Shown one piece after another: positions 1 to 10,900 of a DNA stretch of 35,810 nt. Position numbers and translations under genes: made by a program. How positions within the stretch are numbered: position 1 is the first letter of the stretch; every line of letters starts with the position of its first letter. The stretch covers positions 1 through 35,810 of the forward strand of contig MEDY01000315.1 in NCBI GenBank assembly GCA_001724265.1, in the 5' to 3' direction. The stretch comes from Rhizaria sp. SCN 62-66. Taxonomy: Eukaryota. The notes under the pieces were generated by a model. That model saw nothing but the letters and a program-made list of their open reading frames with translations, was not told the DNA's origin and searched no databases.

Positions 1-188
1 AGTATGATGTATGATGAAGATATCGAAAATTATTATGACAACGAGGTTAAATGTAGTGAACATTCAGTTTGTTAGAACGAAGTGGTGGCAGTGGACAGCT
101 TGTGGACTAACTGACCTTCTTTAAATGTGCATTTACACAATTCTACGATTTTCTCTTCATGCAGAAACCTCGGACTTGCCCGCAGGGG

Positions 189-350
189 TTAAGTTTGTAC
201 TTTCCAAGATGGGGAAATTAGATGTAGACGTAGAATTTAAGGAGATGTATGATGTTTATAGGTAAGGATACCAAGGAATATGCTCAACTATGCTGTATAT
301 CGAAGACTTTATTGAAGGGAAATAAAAATTAAGTTTGTACTTTCCAAGAT
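189..350 (+). repeat. 22-bp exact direct repeat TTAAGTTTGTACTTTCCAAGAT (189-210 and 329-350)
   Basis: Two identical copies 140 bp apart in AT-rich sequence, read directly. Confidence 0.9.
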
Positions 351-1897
351 AAAGCGCCGCACAATTAATTACTGTCACGTGACTGGGGGGCGACCCATGG
401 AAAGAGTTTTGCGGACGGGACTGTAATGCAGAATGTCGGCGGTAACATATATGAGGACCTAAAATAAGTATAATGGAGAAATATCTCACCAAAAAATAAG
501 AAAATGCACAAAAACAGATATTACGATCACACAACTCAGAAAAACCTTGTAGATAAAGGAGCCACCCCTGACACGTCATCGCTCTTTCGATGACTCGCAT
601 ATTACCAATAACAGAAGAAAGATATTTTGAAACAACTATACACCCACTTAGAGGTATTTAAAATGACAACAGTAGTTATGGCAACAACAAATTACAAGAT
701 ATGAAGATAATCATCACGCACAAAGTGTTGAAATCCAAGCTCGCAGCAGCGTGGCTGTGTGCAGCTGCGAAGTAAACCACGTATGAGAAGACGCAGGAGA
801 TCTCGAGTAAATTAATTTGGACGCTTATTGAAAAATTATCAGTTAGATGTTCTTACAATTCCCAGAAAAATGCAGTTCATTGCTATTGAGACTCACACCG
901 TTTGTCACAGCGCAAGATGCTGTCACCGTCGGTTACGCAGCGTGACAGCGTCCAATACCTTTGACCGGAATATAACACAAACGAGGAGCAGATATAGAAC
1001 TGTTGAAGAAGTACCTGGCAAGGCAGCAACTGGACCGATAAAATAGTCTGGCTGTCGCAGAGGACGAGATGTGACCATACCAATACACTTTAGCTCTATT
1101 AATAAGGGTATCTTTATTAGTTCCATGGTTTTTGATCGCGATCGCACACAGTGAAAAATTGACTGAGAAAACCGCTAAATTGACCAGATCTCCGCATAGT
1201 TACGTCATCAGAAATAACAATAGACTATAATGTGTGTATTGGTGATTGAAATGCTGTGCACGAATTCAAACACTGTTGAAACCGCACAAAACCGTGCATA
1301 TTTAGATGTACAATAATGTACAGTACATTGTAAAAAGCAAAGGGCAACCAGTCACACAAGTTAACCTTCCAGTAAGGGGGTTTATGTAGATGGTCAGGGC
1401 GCTGTATACATAATTGATACAAGATAATGGACATCTACATGATGAATGAGCTATAAAATTGCAGTTTTACGATTGAATCCGCTTGTTCATATGCATACAT
1501 GATAATGGACATTTCCGTTATTGTGCGGTTGCTTGTGGGGCCTTTTCGTGTTGCTGCCCGGTTTGTTGGTCGTTCAAATATGTACTTGTACTACATGTAT
1601 TAAAATGTGTTTGCCTGGTTAGGCAAACCAGTTTTATCTTAATAGCAAACAAACACAATAAGTGCCGGAGATAAGGTTGCACACAGGAGGATCGCAATTT
1701 TCCTTAGTTACGGTAACCCTGTGAGTGTACACTGCCCCTACTGCACTTTAAAGAGCATCAAATCGCGCATCAGGCCTAAGTCACACGCACCTCGTTATGT
1801 CCAGTTAAGGGCGCATAGAATGCTAACGTCATCAGGCTTCTCACAGCAAGCTATATCCGTACGTGATCTGTATTACACATATCAATACATTCACACA

Positions 1898-3949
1898 TTA
1901 CTCGTCCTTGCCCTGCTCCTTCGCCCGCGCCTGCTCCTGCTCCTGCGCTGCCAGCTGCATGGCGTCCTCGAGCGCATCCTGTGCGTCGCACACGGCGCAC
2001 ACGTGCGCAAGCTCGCCGCGCGCCAGCCGCGACGCATACTCGCTGCTCTTGGCCCACATCACCAAGTTAAGCCGCTCGCCGGTGGCGACGGGCAGCGCGG
2101 CATGGCGCAAGCGGCCCACGTGCACAAAGGCCCAGCCTGCGTCTTGAGTCAAAATGACACCTTCAGGCTCGACCGGCTTAGCCGGCGCATCCTCGCCATC
2201 AGCCGCAGTCGCACTCACGTCGCTGCCGTTGTCCTTGCCCTTCTCGTCTTCCTTACTGTGTGCAATGTGCGCAATGACGCCGACGTCGTTGTGATACTCG
2301 CAGCGGTGTCCGCCCATGTACAGCTCGCCACCAGTAAACGCATTCACCATCCCTGTGGACGCCGCATTCGCGGCAGCGCTGTCGCTGTCAGTGCTAGCGG
2401 CCGTGCTCTTGACGCGGGGCCCGAGGCAGACGTTGAGAGTGATGTGCGAGTCGTCCACGTGCAGTGCCAGGCTGTCCACGTTCGGCCCACCCTGCGCCGG
2501 CAGCGTCACAGCGTTGCGGCCCGCCACAGCGGCGACCGTGCCGTGCTGCTGCGAAAGCGGCTTGACTTCCGTGCCGGACTTATTTTTGGCAACGTATTTG
2601 ACCGTAAAGGAGTACAGCGAGTCGAGTTCAGCAGCGCACTCACTATCACTCAACACAGAGTCACTCTCACTCGCGCTCTTGCTCTTGTTATTATCAGCCT
2701 TCGAGTCTGCGTCAGAGTCGGAGTCGGGCTCTGCGCGCGTGACGACCCAGGAGTAGTACGCTTCGGCCAGCGGTTGCAACACAGCGGCCACGAGGGCGCG
2801 CAGCGGGCCCTCAAAGCCGTAGTGCTGCAGCAGCAGCCCGTAGCGGTTCATCGAGTTCGGCCGCAGCGGCGCAGTCTCCTGTTTCCCATGCACTGCGGCG
2901 CTCGAGTCCGCACTCTGTTCCTGCTGCTGCTGAGCGCTTTGCTGCTGGGCGCGGGCAAGCGTCCAGCGTTCTGCTTCGTCGAGCGCGGCGGCGAGCGTGT
3001 CCGCAAACTCGGGTGTGAAGAGAGGGAACTTGTACACGTTCGCGAACGGTTCCGCAAAGATCTCATCAGGATCCTCTGCAGCCTCGGTCTTAGCGTGCAC
3101 GGACAAGAACAGGCGTTGGTAAGCAGCGATAGACGCGGTGCCGTTGTTCAAAGCGTCCTCGCCGTCGTCCTCGTCGACATCATCCGACTTCTTGTTCGCA
3201 CAGTTGTCATCATCACCGTCGCCGTCAGATTCCTCATCAGTCGTGGCACCGTAGCCGCCTTTGCTCATGCTCTTGCTAACGGGCGCGCCGTCAGGGCCCT
3301 GCGCGGCGCGCCTGCTGTGGCCGAGCAGCGCAGCCTTCTCGCCCAGCAGCCCCTTCAGCGACGCGGCGACGGCGGGGCTGAGGCCGCGGAGCCACGCCGC
3401 GGGGGCCAGCAACGCGCGCGCGGCGGCGGAGCACTCGAGCGGGAACGCGCGGCGCACGGCGGCCAGCTCGGCGGCCGCAGCGGCGCGGCGCGCGTACTCG
3501 GCGCGCTTGTGCTGCTGGAAGGCCTCGATACGGCCCGTGAGGAAGGCGGAGCGCGCGTCCTCGCTGAAGGAGTCGAAGTCGGCGGGGAGCGAGTTGTGGA
3601 CGAAGAGACGAAGCTCTTCCTCCAGTTGCGCCTGCTCGGGATCGTAGTCATCGTCGTCCTCGTCGTCAAGGTCGCCGTGGTCGTGGTCGCAGCAGCCGCC
3701 GGGACCGTGCGCATGGCCGTGGCTGTGGCCGTGGCTGTGACCGTGCTTGTGGTCGTGGTCGCAGTTGTGGCCGTGTGAATGGCTATGAGCGTGCCCGTGA
3801 CCGGCATCGTGGCTGTGCGTGCAATGTGTGTGGGCATCACCGCAGGCGGGCTTTGAGAAAGTAGAAGCCTGGGTGGTGCAAGCTGTGTCGTCGCAGTTGC
3901 CGTCTGGGCAGCATGCTTTGGGATCTTTGCAGCGGTCCGCGCAAGACAT
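1898..3949 (-). CDS. 2OG-Fe(II) oxygenase, OGFOD2/ICU11-like, with Cys/His-rich N-terminus (683 aa, no CDS intron)
   Basis: Motifs RPNSMNRYG, LALHVDDSHITLNVCLG (HxD), FTGGELY and HVGRLRHAALPVATGERLNLVMW (distal His and 2OG-binding Arg). Ends in TAA followed by AT-rich sequence. Confidence 0.85.
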   Translation of the reverse strand: MSCADRCKDPKACCPDGNCDDTACTTQASTFSKPACGDAHTHCTHSHDAGHGHAHSHSHGHNCDHDHKHGHSHGHSHGHAHGPGGCCDHDHGDLDDEDDDDYDPEQAQLEEELRLFVHNSLPADFDSFSEDARSAFLTGRIEAFQQHKRAEYARRAAAAAELAAVRRAFPLECSAAARALLAPAAWLRGLSPAVAASLKGLLGEKAALLGHSRRAAQGPDGAPVSKSMSKGGYGATTDEESDGDGDDDNCANKKSDDVDEDDGEDALNNGTASIAAYQRLFLSVHAKTEAAEDPDEIFAEPFANVYKFPLFTPEFADTLAAALDEAERWTLARAQQQSAQQQQEQSADSSAAVHGKQETAPLRPNSMNRYGLLLQHYGFEGPLRALVAAVLQPLAEAYYSWVVTRAEPDSDSDADSKADNNKSKSASESDSVLSDSECAAELDSLYSFTVKYVAKNKSGTEVKPLSQQHGTVAAVAGRNAVTLPAQGGPNVDSLALHVDDSHITLNVCLGPRVKSTAASTDSDSAAANAASTGMVNAFTGGELYMGGHRCEYHNDVGVIAHIAHSKEDEKGKDNGSDVSATAADGEDAPAKPVEPEGVILTQDAGWAFVHVGRLRHAALPVATGERLNLVMWAKSSEYASRLARGELAHVCAVCDAQDALEDAMQLAAQEQEQARAKEQGKDE

Positions 3950-4927
3950 CTAGATCGAAGTGAAAAGAGAGTTCGAAGAGATGTAATAAAGGAATAATAG
4001 TTTACACGTGTGTATGACCAGGTGAAGCGTTTATTCTTAACGTTTTACGATCCTCGTGAGTCTTGGAAGCTTTTTGAGATGTGGCTTTTCAGTCCCAATG
4101 CACGTGGACGCAGTAAGCGTTTGTGGTGAAACGAGCAAAACGGAGTATTTCTGAATAAAATGAGAGTCACAGACAGAGACTGTTAAGAGATAATCAACTT
4201 TGTATTTAGATAACAATGAAATCGAAAAATCAATGTTGAGTCATCCATATCTAGATCTTCTTCGGCAACGGCGAGCATACGTGACATAACCGTGTTAGCG
4301 AGAGAGGGTCTCAAGATATAAGTTTGCAGCCACACAGGGTTACGCATAGCCAACAAGCAGACTCAGTCGGTGAGGGATCGTGTAGAATACACTGACGGAT
4401 CAGCACAGAGAGCAAAATCAAAATAGGACCAATGTCCTGTCTCATCACACTCAAAAGATGCCGCGTAACAAACAGCTTTGGCGCAAATAATGCAATGCAC
4501 AGCAGACATCACAAAGCAAATAGGGACGACGCAAATCGGATAACAAAGAGCAAGAAAGGGGGGAAATGCAAATAAAGGTCGGGACAAACGAATGACAAAA
4601 GGGGATACCATGCAAGGAGAAGGAGTGCAAAAGAGCAAGGAAGAAAAGAGGAACAACATAGACGACCTATACAAGTGTACAAGACTAGAGAAGACGACAG
4701 TAGAACGTCGTACAGAAACATGAGTGGTAGAACCACACAAAGCATCCGTGCTAAATTAGTACACGAAATGAAGAGAAAAAACAACAACACGGTCACACAA
4801 AGGCAGCGCCTTACTCACATCATACATGCACACAAGCATAGAATACGTTGTCGTTATAGTTATCGATATAGGGATAGATATACATCGAGCATCCCTGGCC
4901 TGGCCATCGCAGAAAGAAAGACTCTTA

Positions 4928-7390
4928 TCAGCACAGCAAGCGGCACAAGTAGCAGCTCTAAAAAAGGTCGCAATATACAAGTTAGGACCAGCGTTAGGAG
5001 GACAGGCGTTACAGTGACGATTTTGGGGGAGCTCACCTCCGCAGGCAGGGGCAGCAGCGCGTCTCCTGGACCGTCTCCGCTCTCTCTAGCGCCTCCAGCC
5101 CGGCGGCCAGCACACGCCGCGCCGTGACAAACACCATCGTCACGCGCTCGGCGGCGGCAATGGCCGCGGCGTCGGCGTCCACGCTCGGCAACAGCAGCGC
5201 GGGCGCTTCGCCGCGCGCGCCGACAGCGACTCCTCCCGGCAGTCCGCCCGCGAACGAGTCGCGGCGCTGCAGTGGACTCGCACTGCCGCCGCCGTTACTG
5301 CCGCCGTTGCCGCCGCCACCCGCGACAGAGCTGCCTGGCATAGCAGCAAGGTTGAATGAACCGCGCCGCGACCCCGTACCCCCGCCGCCGCCGCCGGCCG
5401 CCGCACCAGCGCTGGCACCACTGGCAATGTGGGCCGCGAGCGAGGGCGCAATTGCGCGGAATCCGGGCGCCTTAAGCGACGCGTAGGCCTCAAGCTGCTG
5501 CCGCAGCGGCGCGGACTCGAGCACCTGCAACATCGCCCCCATCCGCTCCAAGTCAGTGCGCGCGCCGGCGTCGTCGCCCGCGGTCGCCAGCGCGGCGAGC
5601 GCGCCGGCGTCCTCGGTGTCATTGGCGGCGATGAACGCCGTGTAGGTGGGCGAACCGGCGGTGTAAGAGCCCGCCGCCAGGAACACGCGCTCGCGAAGGT
5701 CGGCGGCGCGCGGCAGCTGCTTGATCGCCGCAGTCAGCCGGGTGGCAGCAGTGGCGACGGTGCCGGCCGCGCGCAGGCGGCTTAGCATGCTCGCCGTGAC
5801 GGCGGGCAGCAGCCCCGCGCTCGCCGACACGGGCGCCGCTGGGACGTTGCGCAGGGCGGGCGAGAGCGGGCGCTTCGAGGTGACGCTGCGGGCGCCCAGA
5901 TGCGCGGCCTCGGCGGCGGCGAGCGTCGCCGCCGGGTGCGAGATGAGCGAGGCAACAGCCGCGTCCCAGGCCGCGAGTACGGGCGCCGCCACGTACGCCA
6001 CGGCCGAGCCCTGCAGCGCGGCGGGCAGCGGCGCGGCCACGGCGGCCTGCATGATGTCCAACAGCCGGATGCGGATGGAGTAGAGCGAGAAGAGTGCGCT
6101 CTCCAGCGTCTCGGGCCACGGAATGGGCGTTTTGTCGACGGTGGAGGCGGCAGCGGCGTGTGATTGCGACTGCGACTGCAACCCCGAGCCGTCGGTATCG
6201 AGCTGGTACGCGCGCCGCAGCGTGCATAGTACAGGGGCGGGGAATGCGGTGACGAAGCGCGGCAGGTGGAGCTGGAGCATGGTGTCGTCGACTTCGTCCT
6301 CAGAGTCAAACTGCGCGCCCATGGCCGTGATGTCGAAGTCGTCGAACAGCAGCGGGCACGTGTCGACCCACTTGGGCAGCACGGCGAGGCAGTCGCACCC
6401 GCCGGGGCAGGCGCGTAGCGGGCCCGGAAGCCAGTCCGCCTGCAGGGGGGCGTCGACGCCGTTCGCGGGCAAAGCGGCAGAGCCAGCGCCAGCACCGGAG
6501 CCGGAGGCGCCCGCGCTACCGGTGTGGTGCGGGTTCAGGGCGGCGGTATTGAAGCTGCCGCCAGAGGCCAGGATCGGACGCGGGCCCGCCGCAGTCGCTG
6601 TGGCTGTGGCAGCGGTGGCAGAGGCGGCGGGGGGATTGACGACGGCGGCGACGGGGTTGTTGGCAATGCTGTTGTTGCTGCTGGTGTTAGAGAGCAGCGA
6701 GAAGGAGAGGATGGGGGACTGCTGGCCAGGGGCCGCGGCGGCGGGCTACAGGATGATAATGAAGGGGCAGAGTGAGAGTTTGTGATGAGTGCGGCTGGGT
6801 GACTCACCGGGATGTAAAAGCAAAAGTCAGTTTTGTAATCGCAAATTGCAGACATTTCGAAGCTAAGAGCAGTCCGGAGTACGTACGTTTGCCTTCAAAA
6901 TTGAGGGACGCGGGCCTAACGACGGCGTCCGCTGCACCGGTTGAACCAACTGCTGCTGCGGCTGCTGCGGCTGAGTCTGAGGCTGAGGCTGAGGCTGAGG
7001 CTGTGACAGCTGTTGTTGGGGTTGCTGTTGTTGCTGTTGGCTTGGAGTTTGCCCCTGTGCCCGCGCCTGTTGAGAACGTGTGGCAGTCAAGTGTCATGGG
7101 CGGTTGCAATCATTTTTTTGCCCAGGCAATGGAGGGTGTTCGGAGATGTGGAGTGTTGGTGAGGGCAATGCGGGAAAGAGTGCGTAATCGCACATTTAGA
7201 ACGTATAAAAGTGGCTTAATCGGGGCGTTGCCATATTCGTGTGTTGTTGCAATACGAATGAGTTGCTTTGCAGATGAATAGGTGCAGGGGCAGCGGAAGC
7301 GGAAGTCGATGGCGACAAGGGTCAAACGCATAGATCGGGACGAACCTTAGGCTTGAGAGACGGTGAAGACCGCGGGCCGGCGGGCGGCAT
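4928..7390 (-). CDS. Multi-exon protein of unknown function (~650 aa): poly-Gln N-terminus, Cys-rich C-terminus; 3' end uncertain
   Basis: Exons 7390-7346, 7066-6887 and 6745-5037 join in frame through GTTCGT..CAG and GTACGT..TAG introns. A further intron starts at 5036 (AG|GTGAGC), has two CCTAAC branch motifs and ends at TTTTTTAG 4958 or AG 4956. The stop is at 5033 (unspliced), 4928 or 4756. Confidence 0.7.
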
Positions 7391-7940
7391 TGTAAGGCGT
7401 TAAGAAAACCTCCTTAGGTCGCGGCTATCAACGAGGGTGACTCTTAAACTGCGATTTGGATATTCAGCGGAGGCGTGTTCTGCGGCGACTGAGATAGACA
7501 AGCTAAGAGAGTGCGAGGAGACCGGTGTGAGAGATAGTGGGCATAAAACAGTAAAAATGAAACCAATATTGAGTGGATAGTGAAAAAAATGTACTTCTAT
7601 CCGCGCGCATGTTGTGTGCGAAGACCTGTCAAAGGAATACATTTGAGTGGTGACTCAAGATCCGGGATCACACGAGCGTCTCAGCCAAGATGAGTCACTC
7701 GAGGACAGTCTGAATGATTGAAGAGTTTTAATTAAATCCCCATGAGCCAGGTGTAGCAGGCAGTATTCACACTAAATCACAGACTCCTTGACGGCAATAT
7801 CGACGCGTAACGCTCTTTTAAAATCTCACTTTCTCCTTCCTCACCTGATTTGCTCTCTCACTTCGCTGACCAATAACGGCTAGCAACTACCGCGCCTTCT
7901 AGCCAGCCACCCTGGCCACTTTTGCGCGTCTAGTTTGAAT
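7391..7940. promoter_or_regulatory. Divergent promoter region with an inverted GTGACTCA (7650-7657) / TGAGTCAC (7691-7698) pair
   Basis: Head-to-head genes start at 7390 (-) and about 7941 (+). The AP-1-like half-sites are read directly; their function is inferred. Confidence 0.45.
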
Positions 7941-10900
7941 ATGTTGCCATATGCCCTGTCAGGTACCAATGACAGCGGTTATAACCCGGAGCCATCGCCG
8001 TCGTCTCCTTCTCCGGCGCCATCCTACACTTCGTTCGGCCCGTCCCTGCCTCATCCGTCCTCCGCGTCCCCGCCCCGCCCCGCCTCGCCGACCGCGTCCG
8101 CAGCCACGCCCGCGCCCCCGCTGCCCGCGCTTACCCGCCTGTACTCATCATCGATGTTTCAGAGCTCCGAGGCGGCCGCTCGCGCGCGCGCCACAGCCGC
8201 CGCGCTGCGCCTGCTGGGCGACGCGTCGCAGGGCCCTGCGCGCTTTCTCGCCGCGGTGGCGGAACGACAGCACGAAGAACACGCACGCGCGCTCGCCGCC
8301 GCGCAGGAGGCCTTCCGTCAGCGCGGACAGACGCTTACCGCGTCACGCGCGGGTGCGGGCTCGGCCGCTGCGGCCGGACAGTGTGGCGACGCCGCAGCTA
8401 GCGCCGACGCTGCTGCGACGACAGAGACGCCGTCCAACGTGTCCGCCGCCGCCGCCGCCGCCGCCGCTTCTGTTGGCGCTCTGGTATCGGGCAGCGCGGA
8501 CACTGAGGAGGCCGCTGCGGTGCGGCGCGTGGTTCTGGCCGCGCCGCTGACGTCGGGACTGGCTCGGTTGCGGCACGCGAGGCGCCTCGAGGCGGCGGCG
8601 GCGGCGGGCGCGGCCGAGGCACGGTACAAAGCGCGCGTCACCATGGCCCACACTGGCGGCAAACGCAGCATCGCCTGCGCAGGCGGCTTAGACAGCGCTG
8701 GCTGCTTAAGAGCGGGCATCGGCGCTGGGCTGGGGTTTGGACCAGGCACCAACGACAACGGCGACGATGACAACGACGACGACGATGATCATGATGATGA
8801 TGACGAATCGGGTATCGTCACTGCGGCAACGCTTGTCCGCCGCGCCAGCATTGGCCTCAGCCCCGCTGCGCTCTCCCGCGCCCCTAGTGTGGCGACGAGT
8901 GCGAGTGTGATTGGGTCTGGGGCTGGGACTGGAGGCGGCGGCGGTGGCGGTGGGCCGGCGGCGCTGAGGCCGACGATCGGCAGCCGCATCACGGCCCATG
9001 ACGCGGACGCCGCGCGCGCCGCGGCCGCCGCGACCGCGGCTGCGGTGGCGCGGCTGGCGACCCCGCGCGCGGCGAGCAGCACTCACGCGCGCAGCCAGAA
9101 CAGCGGCGGCGGCAGCGTGGGCAGGGCGTTCACGTTCGGCGCTGATGATGACAACGGTAGCAACAGCAACAACAATAGTATCGGCGACAGTATGGGTGAT
9201 GACAGCCATAGCGACGCTAAAAACAAGAGCGGCAGAAGGGCGGTTACTGGCCAGCGCGCCCGCGCTCTAGCCGTCGCAGCAGCAGCGTTCGTGCTGCCGG
9301 AGTCCGTGGCCAGCGCCGAGCTTTTCCGGTCCACGCTCGTCGCCAAAAATGTAAGTACCCCCTTAGACGCGAGCGAACGCACCACCCCGCCGATTACGCG
9401 TGTGCCCGCAACCAGTTTTGTCGCCAACTTGCACGCCGATGCCGCTACTCCGTCATCCGCGACACCAGCAACGAGCACTGTTGCAGCGCAGAGCTCTGGG
9501 GTGGCGGCTGCTACTGCAGCACGCGCCGCTAGCAGCAGTGCCAGCGCGAGTGCGAGTGTGGGTTCGCAGCTGGATGCGCCTATTGACGACGCATCGGCGC
9601 AAGTGCTTGCGGCGGCGGCAGCGTGGTCGTCGTCGGTCACCGCCGCCGCAAACGAGAGCGGACGGGATCTACGTTACCGGCTCGCCACCGGCACACGCGA
9701 CGGCGACGGCGACGGCAGCAGCAACGGCGGCGGCAGCGCCGCAACACGCGCCGCCGCGGCCGGGAGCGGCTTCGGGGCCGCGGAGCGGATGCTCGCGATG
9801 ACCGGGTCGCTGGTGCGCTCGCCGGTGCCGCTCACGGTCACCGTCCCCGCAGCGAAAACTGTAAAGGCGGGGGCAGCGCCGACGCCTGCAGCTGTGGCCG
9901 GCTCTGCGGCTGCGGCCGGTGACGAGTCGGCGACTGGTGCGACCGCCGCCGCGGGCGAGGGCGAGGCCGAGGCCGAGGGCGAGATGGAGGCAGCCGGGGG
10001 ATGGATGACTGGCGCCGAGGCCGCCGCTGCGTTCTCGCGGTATCTGTACTCGTTGCCCGTTATCCCCAGTCTGCCGGTTGGCGGCCGGGCCGGGGAGCTA
10101 GGCAGTGATTGCGAGGAGCTCAGCAGCAGCGACGGCGATACAAGCGACAGAGACGCCGCCGGTGGCGATGTGGCGGACGCGGTGCAGTTCGATGAGACGA
10201 GAGAGGACGGTGCTGCAGCACAGCAGCAGGACGATGTCATGGTGCGCTGCCCGCTAGACGCCGAGACTGCCGGCGAGTCTCTTGCTTCCGGGAGCATGGC
10301 CGCTTTGTGCAGCGACGGCGGGGCGCTGAGACCCTCTGCGAACGCGCACGTCACCCGTGGAGCGAGCCGCCTCGGTGGCAGCGGCAGCGCCGCCGCTCTC
10401 GCCGTTGACACGCCCGGCGTGAGTCACGGTGACGGCGACAGCGTCAGTGACCGTGATGCCGGTTCTCACAGCAGCATCGACCGCCTTGCCGTGAGCGCAA
10501 GTCTGGCGCAACGCGCGGTGTTAGGCGACAGGAGGCGCAACAGCAGCATCGCGCAGTCGGCCGCTGCGTCACGTCGACACAGTACAATCACAAACAGCAA
10601 GGTCACTGCGGCCGCTTCGTTGGAGCCCACTGCGATGCCCGTGGGCAATGCCGGTGTCACTATTAACGTCACTGCGAGCGCGGTAAATAGCGCTCTCGGC
10701 ACCCCGTTATACTCTACTGCCACAGCAGCGCAAGCGGAAGCTCTTTTTTCGGCCCTCGCCGTGCGCCCGCCGCCCGACCACCGTGCCACCGCCGCCGCAC
10801 TGCGCCGCGCACGCGCACGCGCACACAACAGCAGCAGCCGCAGCGTTAGCTGCGTTACCGCTGTAAACCCGCAGCAGCAAGTGGGCCTTGTCGCGGTCGA

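Noticed and set aside
1770-1836. CTGATGA...CTGA pair on the minus strand
   Set aside because: Short, in the oxygenase 3'UTR, with no stem and no recognisable guide.
1721-3778. 685-aa plus-strand ORF
   Set aside because: Antisense shadow of the oxygenase gene. The conserved motifs are on the minus strand, and GC-rich codon bias suppresses antisense stops.
7881-7889. TAG CAA CTA, matching the tobamovirus readthrough context, in frame with the giant ORF
   Set aside because: The upstream frame has no ATG before TAA 7773 and is pyrimidine-rich with a CTGAC branch motif; it is better explained as a splice acceptor.
9351-9356. GTAAGT donor-like site in the giant ORF
   Set aside because: The frame stays open and GC-rich with no matching pyrimidine-rich acceptor, so no intron is needed.
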